Assembly: GCF_006345805.1 (NCBI RefSeq)
Contig: NC_042999.1
Span: forward strand, 129,270,001-129,334,000
Source: Octopus sinensis
Lineage: Eukaryota
DNA length: 64,000 bases
Reading direction: 5' to 3'
This document shows positions 25,701 to 39,000 of the stretch, in pieces. Under the pieces are notes generated by a model that was not told the origin of the DNA, ran no database searches, and saw only the letters and a program-made list of their open reading frames with translations. A program made the position numbers and the translations under genes. The number at the start of each line of letters is the position of its first letter. The first letter of the stretch is position 1.

Positions 25701-28700
25701 TTCCTACTGATTACGACTTTGGTTTTAGCTAGATTGACTCTGAGGCCCTTCGATTCTAATCCTTGTTTCCACACCTGAAACTTCTCCTCCAGTTCTGATA
25801 GCGACTCAGCAATTAGAGCAAGGTCATCAGCATAGAGGAGCTCCCAAGGGCATCCTGTCTTGAATTCCTCCGTTATTGCCTGGAGGACTATGATAAATAG
25901 GAGGGGGCTGAGTACTGAGCCTTGGTGGACCCCTACCTCTACCCGGAATTCTTCACTGTACTCATTTCCAACCCTCACCCTACTAGCAGCGTCCCTATAC
26001 ATGGCCCGCACAGCTCTCACTAACCATTCATCTATCCCTAGTTTCCTCATTGCCCACCAGATAAGGGATCGGGGGACCCTGTCGAAGGCTTTCTCCATGT
26101 CAACAAAAGCCAGGTACAGGGGCTTATCTTTGGCTAGGTATTTCTCCTGCAGCTGCCTTACCAGGAATATAGCATCAGTAGTACTTTTCCCTGGCACGAA
26201 CCCAAACTGCATATCATCTAAGCTAACTCTCTCTCTAATTAATTGGGCTATAACCCTCTCCGTAACCTTCATTACCTGGTCCAACAGCTTGATGCCCCTG
26301 TAGTTATTTGTATCTAGGGCGTCACCTTTACCTTTGTAGCAGTTGACTATTATGCTGCTACACCAGTCATTGGGTATGACTCCTTCGTGTATCACCTGGT
26401 TAACTATACGGGTGACTATGCTATAGCCGACACTACCAGATATTTTGAGCATCTCTGCAGTAATTCCTGATGGGCCTGGGGCTTTCCCTGTCTTCATGCT
26501 TCTAATTGCCTTAGCTACCACGGAACTATCAACTCGGATAGCTGGTCCCTCTGTTGGGTCAACATTCGGCAGATCTGGGATAATAGGTAAGTTAGTGCTT
26601 AAACTCAGGTGGTAAAATAAGGGTTCCAGGTTCAATTGCTGACTCATCAGGAAAATCAGCTGAAGAGTATTACAGAGAATATCACTCAAAACATTGTGTC
26701 AGTAACATAACCAATATGAGGAAATAGTTTATTAGAAAAAAACAGGCATAGCAATAATCATACATCAAATAAAGCAGAACTATCATGACAAACAACTGTT
26801 AAAGTGGGTGTTGCAATAACAATACTTCAATACATCCACATTTTAGTTAAGTTTCCTGTTTACTTAGTACAGAAAATATTATTATAAAAAGGGAATACAC
26901 ATTTACAAGATATATCTTTTATTTGGCAACATGTTGAAAGTTTACTATGAATACTTAGCAAACTTGAGAATAAGGATCTCAAATACAGTAATAATGCATA
27001 TCATGTGCACCTGATTGATCATGGACTAGATCAACTTAATGAATACAGGTAGGTCTAAATTAGAATTTTGAGCCAAAATTCTTAGGGTTGAAAAAAAAGA
27101 GAAATCTTATCAACCCTTTGTCAGTCCAAGGCATTCTCATAGGTTTGCCCTAACCGTCTATGCTTGTTTCCAGACTTTTAATTAGCCTTTGTCTCATACA
27201 TTCTGAGTAATATAAACCTGAAGTTACTCTAGTGGTTGAGAAAAAATTGGGTATGTGTATCATATATGATGCATGGAGGCAGAGAGTTAAAATTTGAGAG
27301 GAATCAACAAAATAAGGAGAAAAAGTATAAAACGTTTTACCCATTCTGATGAGAGAGGATTCAGTGTTTCCCTGAAAAAATATAAACACAAAAGATTAGA
27401 AGATGAAAGGAAATATATGGCATGGTAATCTATTGAAAAAAATAAATGGTTATTATTTATATTCATGGGCAAACTACAGCTGGTGGGATTTCTGAATGGC
27501 TTGCCTAAATGAAAAATTAATTTTAATTTTTTTAGCAGTCTCGCCTGCCTGATGATGATCCATGTTTCTTGTAGCCTGATTCTCAAAAAAAGGTTGCCTG
27601 TACCTAGTTTATTATTTAGTAATTAATATACAATCAAATAAAGGCAACGAGCTGGCAGAATCATTAACATGCTGGGCAAAATGCTTAGCAGTATTTCATC
27701 TGTCTTCGTGTTCTGAGTTCAAATTCCACTGAGGTTGACTTTACCTTTCATCCTTTCAGGGTTAATAAAATAAGTACCATTTGAGCATGGGAGTCAAAGT
27801 AATCAACTTATCCCCTCCCCAAAAATTGAAATCGATATACAATCAAATACTTTCTTAGGTAATTATGTAAGTATATTGTATTCCCTACAATATTTTCTTT
27901 TTTCTGATGGATAAAGATCCACTAAAAAACAAAATAACAAAATAACAATATACTACTGTAATATTAAGCATAGACTGTAGTGATATTAAATCATTGAAGA
28001 AAGTGATGGTTAAGAATGTGGGAAAATAGCTTGAAGCATTTTAAATTCCGCTAAATAATCAAAGAATAATAGAACATTAGTAAATGCCACAATTTATAAC
28101 TGAATCTAAATGAATATGTAATAGAAGGGAATCATTGTGTCTCTATGAAATAGGAACATAAAAGTTGTACATGAATGTCTTGATTACTTACTGATGCAGG
28201 AGGAGGTATAACATGTCCATTTAATAAGTCCTTAAAATGAGATTCATCCAAGATAATTCGATAGTCTCCTAAATGGAAAAATATTTGTGTCACATGAATT
28301 TTGAGATAGTTAAGACAGAGACAGAATTGTTGATCCTGAATTTTTTGTTTTTCTAGATTGTGATAATATCTGTTCAAATCATTTAAGTTGATGATAAATT
28401 GTGTCGTTTTACTACCATGTATATAGTTTTTAGGATGGCTTTTCCAGCTTAGAAATATTACTATCTTGCTAATGTATGTTGTAATTTATAAAAGATAGTA
28501 ATAATGCAAAGTTTTTCATGAAAAATAGAACTACCAGCAGGTAAATGTATCTAGATTATAATTTTATTTTAATTTTTAGCCATGTGATACGATGTATGAA
28601 ATGGATGATAAATTCAAGTAATTATATAAATATTTGTATCAACCATTGCCAAATAAACTATATCTTTTAGCCAAGTTGTATATTCAGCTTATTTTTTACT

Positions 28701-29990
28701 GGCAAGATTTACCTTTTGTTTCTGCAGTAAGCTTTCTGCAAACTCTCACTTCAGCTGATAATCCAATCACAGAACACCTGATAGAACTTTCTTTAACTGT
28801 CTGCAATAAATATCAACAGAAAATTTAGAAATAAACATTTTTTTTTATCCTTCTAAGAATAATTCTTATTCTAAAATATTTAAACTCATTCAACAATTAA
28901 CCTCAACTTTTCTCTTTTTATTTACACACCATTTTAATTAGATTATTTCCCAATTTTCTATAAGTGCTACAGTATTTGTTGGACGCTTCTTCATGTATTC
29001 ATTATAAAATGTCAGGACTTAGCTTCCATCAAATACTCTTATAGGTGCTACAATTTTACAGATCACAAAGTTCCAGAGTTAAGTTGGAACTAACAAACAT
29101 TATTTAAATTGAAAGGTTCAAAGTTTGATTGAAAAAAAAATTCAAAAACAAGAGAAAAATTGGCAATATTTTCTTTACCAAATTGATTTCTTAAATTTGA
29201 ATAATTCAATGTGTTAAGATAATTCAGTAGAAAATGGTCCTATTTTGAAAACATTTTCCTAATTTTTCTATTTGTTACCAGAATCCTTCACAAACAGTAT
29301 GATTGAGCCAATATAGCAAGTGTATATTTAAACTGTCAAATTTTACATACAAAGAATAAATGAGCAAAGTAAACCTTGCCTGAAATTGAACCTAGTACAT
29401 TTGCTCAACATAATAACCAATAAATTAATCACTATATCAAAGTGATTCTCAGGAGAGAACAGTGTGGGTAAGTAGAGGTTGCAAGAGTTTCTAAGGAGAA
29501 TGAGAGAGAGGATTGCATTCTACCAAAGTATTACAGAATTAGAATTTTACTAAAAGTAAAATGAATATGAACATACTTTTATTGTATTAAGAATGTCTCC
29601 AGGATCACATGTGGTTAAACTACCAAAAATGATAAGAATTTCTCTACTGGCATGACTAGGCATCTGTCTGAAAAAGAAAAATAAGAAGAGATATTAACTA
29701 CTTCCTAACTTTAGTAAGCCATAAAAACACAAACAAGTTTTATGCATATATCTAATGTATACTTGCGAAAAGGGCGGACATTGTCTCACAAGCAGTTGTG
29801 CAGGCAAAAGTGTTAGTAAATGTGGTCAGATTGACCTGAAAATTTGCACACCTATGTTAAAAGTGCTAGGGAGTTTGCATGGCAACACTGAGTTTGCTCA
29901 ATTGAAAAGCGTGGCCTTTAGGGCAAAATTCCCCATCTTTAAAATGTAGCCCAAGTAGTCCCAATGAAATTGAGTTATACTAATACATAT

Positions 29991-30049
<59 letters not shown>

Positions 30050-33000
30050 TGACTGGCACGTGAAAAAACATTCGAGCGAGGTCATTGCCAGTGCTGCTGG
30101 ACTGGCTCTTGTGCAGGTAGCATGTAAAAAACACCATTTGAACGTGTCCGTTGCCAGTATTGCCTGACAGGCCCTCATGCTGGTGGCATGTAAAAGCACC
30201 CGCTACACTCTTGGAGTGGTTGGCGTTAGGAAGGGCATCCAGCTGTAGAAACTCTGCCAGATCAGATTGGAGCCTGGTGCAGCCCTCTGGTTCACCAGTC
30301 CTCAGTCAAATCGTCCAACCCATGCTAGCATGGAAAGCAGACATTAAACGATGATGATGATAAGAAGCAGTATTTATACCAAAAAGCAACATTTATATCC
30401 AACTTAAAGTGGCAAACTGGCAGTACTGTTAGAACACCAGTAAAATGCTTAGCAGCATTTCGTCTGTCTTTATGTTCTGAGTTCAAATGCTACTGGAGTC
30501 AGCTTTGCCTTTCATCCTTTCAGGGTCGATAAAATGTCAGTTGACTTACTCCCTCCCCACAAATTGCTAGCCTTGTGCCAAAATTTGAGACCAATATCTA
30601 TAATCAACTTACACACCTTGCATCCATATGAGAGGTCCTCTTATGGTGAATACAGCAGTATTGAGCATTCTAAAAAATATCCATGTTAAGTTGGATATAA
30701 AGATTGCCTTTTAAGTATTTTCAATTAGACTAACTGAACCAGATAGTATACCTTTCACAAGTATGGGTAACTGCCATTGAACTGTTAGGTTAAGTTACAA
30801 GTTCAAATCCTACCATAAGCATTGCAGTGTGTAAAGGATTTAATTTGCTTCTATCCATCCAATTGAAAACAAATATCACAATTCAGGACTGATTACTTGT
30901 GTAGAATACATATTCAAAACAATACAAGCTTATATATATATATATATGCATGTAATGTAAACGAGTTGGTAAAAATTAGAATTTAAATATGATAACCAAT
31001 TGATATTTAACCCTTTGGCAATTTAGATTACTGTCAGAGGTCATGCTTATTCAGGTTGTTTTAAATCAACCATGCATTATCTCACAACTCTGAGATTTTA
31101 AGGATGCAATTGTTTATTTTTAGAATGACATCAAAATCAATCAACACCAATGGAAATTGCAGCCGTGATACCAGTGCCAGTGGTACGTAAGAGAACCATT
31201 CGAACGTGGCCGTTGCCAGCGCTGCCCCGACTGGCCTCGTGTCGGTGGCATGTAAAAAGCACCATCAGATCGTGGCCGTTGCCAGCCTCGACTGGACCCC
31301 ATGCCGGTGGCACGTAAAAAGTACCATCCAATCATGGCCGTTTGCCAGCCTCGTCTGGCACCTGTGCCGGTGGCACGTAAAAAGCACCCACTACACTCAC
31401 GGAGTGGTTGACGTTAGGAAGGGCATCCAGCCGTAGAAACATTGCCAGATCAGACTGGGCCTGGTGCAGCCTTCTGGCTTCCCAGACCCCAGTTGAACCG
31501 TCCAACCCATGCTAGCATGGAAAGCGGACGCTAAACGATGATGATGATGATGATAGTAAGGTAGATGTGAGAGGCCAGAGTAGCCTGTTTGAACATAAAG
31601 CAGGTAGAATGTTTATTAGGGCTGGACATGAAAAGTTTAAATGCTAAATGGTTAAAAGAAATTTACTCTCTTGATAATTGTGAACACTATTTTAAATAGA
31701 GTCATTAAAATATTTTAGATTTACTTTAGTGTTTGTGCTGCCATTTCAATCGAGTTCTGTAGAGAAGGTTCTCCTTGACATGGATTTTTACTAACAGCGA
31801 CCAGTGCTGCAACATGACGTCTTGGGTTACCTGAGTGTCAGAACAAATCACATAAAAATGGAAACATTAAATGAAAATGTCACAAAACTTAAACCCTTTA
31901 GCATTCAGATTATTCTGTAAAATATTTATTGTTTTGAATTAACCATGCATTGTCTTGTAGCTTTACGATTTTTATGATGTGATTGGTAGGTTTGAACATA
32001 AAACAGGTAGAATATTCAGGCTAGGTATAGCTATTTTAAATGCTAAATGGTTAAAGTTTATTAGCTATATATGAATATATTCAAAAGGTGGAGTTATTTA
32101 CAAATCTTTTTATTATAGTCAACTAGCAGTATCGCCCGGCGTTGCTCGGGCTTGTAAGGGAAATAACTATATAAGCATTTTTAGAGATGTAAAGTATAAT
32201 AGCCATCTCAATATAGCTAACCACAAAGGGGGGGGGTGTTACTGTAGCTTTTTACATTCTGAGATTTAATAATACATTTTTAGAGAGTTACTTTCCTTAT
32301 ATAATAGCAAAAAAATGCATTAAAAATGGGAAAAAATTATGGTAATTTTTTTTTAAATAGTAGACTCATCGTAGACGCACGCTAATACCCAGAAGGGCTC
32401 GATATGAATCACGACTATAAGATACCCGCTTTTGGTTACACTGCACCGCAAAATGTGGGAGTAGTTAGGAATCTAAATCGTAGGAGACAGACACACAACT
32501 TCACTTTTATATATAAAGATGTACATGGAAATGAGGACAATTCTTACATTACATATTAAGAAAATTAACAAAATGACAAAAAACAAAAAAGAAAAGGTGA
32601 CTCAACAAGTCAGGTTACTCAATATGAGGATTTTCAACCAATTCATGTAAATATTTTAATATTCAGAATCCATCATGATCAGTAGAGGTAAATTAGTGTA
32701 AAATGTTAATTAGTTAAAAAATGACGTTGCTTGATTACTGACAATTAATTTAAAAATTCACTATAGTCATCAGTGAATTTTTCTGTGCCTTTAGGCAATG
32801 CACATTTTATTCAATTCTCTATATTAAGCAAGTTGAAAATGTGTCATCTCACCATTTCAGTAATAGAAAGAGTGTTTAGCTATAGAATTATTTATGCCAA
32901 TTCATATACAGGGTGGGCCAAAAGTCACATACCAAAACATTTGACATTTTATATATACTACGTTATTATTATTTTTATTATTCATTTAGTTCATCATATA

Positions 33001-36000
33001 TAAGTATGTGTGTATTCATCATAATTGTTTTACTTTGTAATTAAATATGAAGTGTTGCTTTTGAAATGTGCAACATATATTAATCTTAGTGTGTGACTTT
33101 TGGCCCATCATGTATATAAAAGTCAACATAAAAAATGGTTTGCAATAATTAATGACATTACTGAGGTTATAATTACAAAACTATCCTCTCTCAAACAAAA
33201 CAGCTCAATATTATTCTATATTTTTGAGATGAGGAATTATGTACATTATCTACAATGGATGGATAAATGTCCTCATCTTGTTTGTTGTTATCACAACATT
33301 TTGGCTGATGTACGCTCCAGCATTCAGTAGGTGTTCTGGTGGAATTTTGAACCCAACCCTTTATTTGACAAATGGGGTACACTGTTCTCATTCCTAAGGT
33401 ACGTTGTTGATGTGATTTTTCTGTTGACATTATTTTTCAAGTCCCTGCCTGTGATTGAACTTAGTATTCGAGGGTGAGTAGTAATTACAGAGTGACTTTT
33501 AGAACTTATAAACCTAGTATTCTATCTTTACTTAATACTGGTTCTCATATTACATTCATATCTGCACTAGGCCTGCTTAGGATGTTATTGTGTCCTAGCA
33601 TATGTGCATCCTTTTTTAATTTTCGAATTTTCCAGTGGTGATCTCTGTCGATTATTTTAACTTAAACTCATGATACGAGGTGGTCTCCTTTTTTCCAAAC
33701 ATGATCGGTTGGCTATACCAGATTTTTCAGCATCCATTTGTGTCACAGCTTTATGATGTTCCTCTATCCTTACATTAAAGGGGCAACACAGTTTTTTTTG
33801 GTCATATTCCCACCATCCATACAGTATAAAGAGAGGGACTGCTCAGTGCCTAAAACATTGAGCAAAGTCTATAAGTAGCGATCCTGATACACACCAAGAA
33901 GAAATGATCAGGCTAAGAAACAATCTGCTATGCAACAACTACCCCAAAACCCATAAACTGAGCACAGTCTGTCTACCTTATTTCAAAGGCCGCTAGGAAA
34001 AGATACAAAAGATACACAGTCCATATGACATCTGGACAGTATTCAGAATACAACACTTTGCAAATATCTTCTCCGAGTAAAACCACCCATAGAAGAGAAT
34101 ATGACCAAAAACTGCATGTACTCTATCCCATGCAGTTGTGGTAAGCTATACAAAGGTGAAACATGCCACCCCCTTAAAGTAAGGGTAGAGAAACATCATA
34201 AAGCTGTGACACAAGGGGGTGTTCAAAAATCAGGTACAGCCAATCATCTATATATATAAAGCTGAGAATGTGTAACTGTCTGTGTGTGTCTGTATGTGTG
34301 CATCACTAAATCTCGAGAACTACACAACAGATTTCGTATATATATATCCTCATCATTGTCGTTTAACATCCGCTTTCCATGCTGGCATGGGCTGGACTGT
34401 GTGATTGAGGGCTGGTGAGCCATATATATATATATATGTATATTATAGCCTCAGGTCAACCAAAGCCTTGTGAGTGGATTTCGTACAGGGAAACTGAAAG
34501 AAGACTGTTGTATATATGTGTATATTTGTTTGTTTGTGTGTGTGTGTTTGTCTGTGTTTGTACTCACACCATTGCTTGACAACCAATGTTGCTGTGTTTG
34601 TTTCCATAACTTAGCAGTTGGGCAAAGGACACAGATAGAATAAGTACTAGGCTTACATAGAATAAATCCTGTGGTCGATTTTTTTTCAATCAAAGGCGGT
34701 GCTTTAGCATGGCCACAGGTACATGACTAAAACAACTAAAATAAAAAAACTATGCCATCTTAATCTTGAGCAAGGTCGGTATCTCTGCTAATGTATGGTA
34801 AAACAGAGACCACTTCCTGCTGTGGGATGAAGTTAAAATAATCAATAGAGAACACCCTTGGAAAATACAAAAATTAAAATAAGATGCACATATGCTAGGA
34901 CACAATAACCTCCTAAGCAGACCGAGTGTAGATATGAATGTAATATGGGAACCAGTATTAAGAAAAGATAAAATACTAGGTTTATAAGCCCTAAAAGTCA
35001 TTCTATAATTGCCCACAGGCATATAGCATAGTGGATAAGGATGTGGGCTACTAACCCTCGGATACTAAGTTTGATCGCAGGGAGGGACTTGAAAAATAAA
35101 ATCAACATATCTAGGAATGAGAAAAGTGTACCCCATTAGTCAAATAAAGGGTTGAGTTCAAAATTCCACCAGAACACCTGATGAACAACAATCAAGATGG
35201 ACACCTATCCGTCCACTGTAAATAAAACTGATCAAAATTAGAAATGAAGGCTCATCAACAAACCACCAAGTTCAGTAACTTTTTCAGCTCTTTTCTTTCG
35301 TGTTACAATAATACCAAGCTGACTAATAGGGTTTTGATCAAAGTATTCTTCAATGAAATTTTCAGCAAGCTGTAGAAAAGAAATAAGAAATAATTACTTA
35401 TTTTATGAACAAAGAACAGTTATATAAATTAATCAATTTTCAGTTATATAAATTAATCAATTGTATACAAAATAACAAAGCAACAGTTATATTCCTCAGT
35501 ATTGAAAAGTCAATTCAGAATTGGTATTTATAGGATGTTTTATAAGCAGGTAACTTGAATCTAAAAAATTAATTAGTGTTTCAAAAGTACAAAACATGTA
35601 AGAGTGATTTTTTAGGTTAAGAGATTTAAATAGAAAGTTGGGCTTTGACAAAAGTATTCAGTCATTCATTCATAAAAGTTCAATATTACTGGAGTAGACA
35701 GTAAACAACTTGGTTGAGCTCAGATGAGGCCTCTAAGCCTCACAGCAGAAGCTGGCTCAATGCAGTGTCACCACTCGCGACTGACACTCAGCTTCATAAT
35801 GACTGTCTATGCAATGGTAATACCCTGAGGCTTGGCCTCCAGTTAACAATAGACTTAAATCTTTTTGTTTCTATATTTTCATGGCTTTGTCTGAAGGAGG
35901 ATCTATGCCCACAATCTTCACAAGTCCTCTGTGACTGATAAGATCAAAGCAGGTCATATTCAATTCGAACACCTTAGGTCAATGCCAGCAGGAACTGCAT

Positions 36001-39000
36001 TGGTGGGGAGGGAAAATGGTAACACTGCTTTAGGAAGCAAGGACTGAGTAAATGATTAGTTCAGGGTGTTGGTGGTTGAAACAGATTGGCTGACAACAGG
36101 AGAGATGTTAGCTGATATTCAACCAATTAGTTTCAGGAGTAGTGGCAATATAGAAAGTAGGAGACATCTTTTTGACTCAACTGAAAGCAAGAAATATCTT
36201 TATATGTAACTTGAAAAAAACGTATGATGACTGTGTAAGAGTGCTGATATATCATTGGAAGATGGCCTATGAATGCATAAAATGAACACTGATGGAACAG
36301 GAATGAGTGAAGTATGACCTAGTGTAAGCATAAGTGTAAAGCGACCAAGGAAATAATTACTTATTAGGAATAAGAAATTCATGAGACATATCAGATTGTG
36401 TGACTGTGATTGCTTGAGCAGACCTGTTGCATGGAGTAACAATGTAGTCAATTAGAATTTTAAAACTGTAACCCAGGGACTAAGCAGATAAGATCAGTTA
36501 GGGTCAAATTTCAAAATATGATCAACATTCAAGTCACATCTATGATTTAAAAAAAAAAAGGTTTTTAAACATGTTTAAAGATTTGAAATATGAGAACATA
36601 TTAACAAAAGGAGTTTCTAGAGAAATATCTAGAGCTGGCAGAAAAATTAGCACGTTGGGCGAAATGCTTAGTGGTATTTCATCTGCTGCTACATTCTGAG
36701 TTCAAATTCTGCCAAGGTCAACTTCGCCTTTCATCCTTTCAGGGTCAATAAATTAAGTACCAGTTATGCACTGGGGTCGATGCAATCGACTTAATCCCTT
36801 TGTCTGTCCTTGTTTATCCCCTCTATGTTTAGCCCCTTGTGGGCAATAAAGAAATAAGAAATATCTATGTTGAGCAGATTGAGTGACGCAGAAAATATCT
36901 TGCTGGCCTGAGCTCAAATGTTCTGTAGTAAAATGGTGACAGTAGTCTGAGAAGATTTAAAAACAAATAAGATAATTGAAGAAGTGGTATTCAAGTTTGG
37001 AAAAGTAAAAGAAATGGAATTAAAAACTTAATATAAACAGAGTTCATAACAATTTTAGCAGTTTAAATTTAGATTTTTAGTTTCGATTAAAGAATAATAA
37101 TAAAACATACTTTGACAGTAGCTGCTAATCTGTTTGGTTTTAAATCAGGATCCACCATGGCTTCAGACATATCAATAATCAGAAACAAATGACGCATCTG
37201 CAAAAAAAAAAAAAAAAATTATCTTTTACTTTTTACTCACTTCAGTCATTAGACTGCGGTCATGCTGCGGAACTGCCCTGAAAAACTTTTACTTGAATAT
37301 ATCATCCCCAGTACTTGCTTCTTTCAGTTTCTGTCCACCAAATCTACTCACAGGACCAAAGTTTTGGTTGGCTGAAGACTATAGTAGAAGACACTTGTTC
37401 AAGGTGACATGCAATAGGACTGAACCCAGAACCATGCAGTTGGGAAGCAAGCTTCTTACCACACAGCCATGCCTGAAAAAATATTCTTTTAAAAACAGTT
37501 GTTTAATTTGAAAATGAGCATGTCACCAATGTGCTAATTTTCCAAAGAACGATCCTCTATATTGTCACCAGACATGCTAAAACTGAAGCCCAATCTCCTT
37601 CATACCACACACTGATATCTTTAAAAAAAAAAAAGGACACAGTGGATAATGTAATCCAAAATATACCCGTCATCATCCTCATCATTTTAATGTTCACCAT
37701 TCACCCATTTTAGTTGTCTTTTAGTAGTCAGCAGAGATAAGCTGTACTTATCCTACAAATCATGTACACATAGCAACTAAGATATGCACTACACTGTGTC
37801 TATATAAAAAAAAAAAGACAGGATGGTCTTATCTAGAAGGTCTTTAATTGTAGGTCAGCTAGATCAGGTGTCAGGCTGACTTAAGGTTAAACATCAATCT
37901 TTCCAACATTAACACCTACATTATTAAAAGAAATCAGTAACTAAGAACAAAATGCATTTTTCTTCCACTGCTAAATCTTTAAAAATGTATTGTTTAATAA
38001 AACTTAAAAATTCAACACTTGCTACAGTAGGAATAATAATACTTCATTACTTAATAATCAGCAAGTTTATTTTGTTTTATGAAGATGCAATATAACCAGA
38101 AAGTTTTATTTCTTCCTCATTTTCTTTTCCATTCTGTTATTTGTAACAATAATTACCTATCAATTCTAATTTTGATTTCTAACACGGCCAGCAAGTTATT
38201 GGGAAGGGATGTAATCAGATCAACATGAACACTTAACACTTTATTTTATCTGCAGATGGATGAAAGGTGAACTTGAAGTTATTGGGATTTGAACTCAGAA
38301 TGTAAAGAGCCATAGCTAAATATCATAGATACTTTGCCCAAAGCTCTAATGATTCTGCTAATCCACCATCCTACTAATATTGGTTTCAAATTTTGGCACA
38401 AGGCCAGTAAGTTTGGAAGAGGTGTAAGTCGATTACTTCGACCCTAGTGCTCAATTGGTACTTATTTTATCAACCTAGAAAGGATGAAAGACAAAATCGA
38501 CCGTGGCAGAATTTGAACTCAGACTGTAAAGACAAATGAAATGCTGCTAAGCGTTTTACCAAGTGTGCTAATGATTCTGCCAGCTCATTACCTTGTTCAA
38601 TTCTACAAATATTGAATTCTTATTAATTTGTAGAATATAAGTTAACCTTCAGAAGCACTGAAGTACTCTTCATTTAGCCTGTAAAGATATTGGAGCCGCC
38701 AATGTCAGCAGTTAGCTGAATATCTTACTTAAGAAGACAATATGAGGGAAGCTCTAACCAGCAAATCGCCCTCCACCATCTTGAAAAAGAGGAAAGCCAT
38801 ATTGGATATGTGCTTGAAAAAATATGGAATGGCTATGGTTGGAACGTCTTTCATTATAGGTTCACTGAATTAAGGCTTTGCGGTGCAGGAATAATGGTGA
38901 CAAGTTGCTGTGATATTTAGGGAAAACTATTTTAAAGACTTTTGAAGTCAGTGTACAGCTCATCTATTTTATATTGGAATTTATCCTGCTAGGATTTAAA

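Noticed and set aside
26573-26689. First 39 codons of the 603-aa ORF as a true LINE N-terminus
   Set aside because: The sequence is AT-rich host intron upstream of the truncation point, so the start codon is fortuitous. No target-site duplication could be identified for this insertion.
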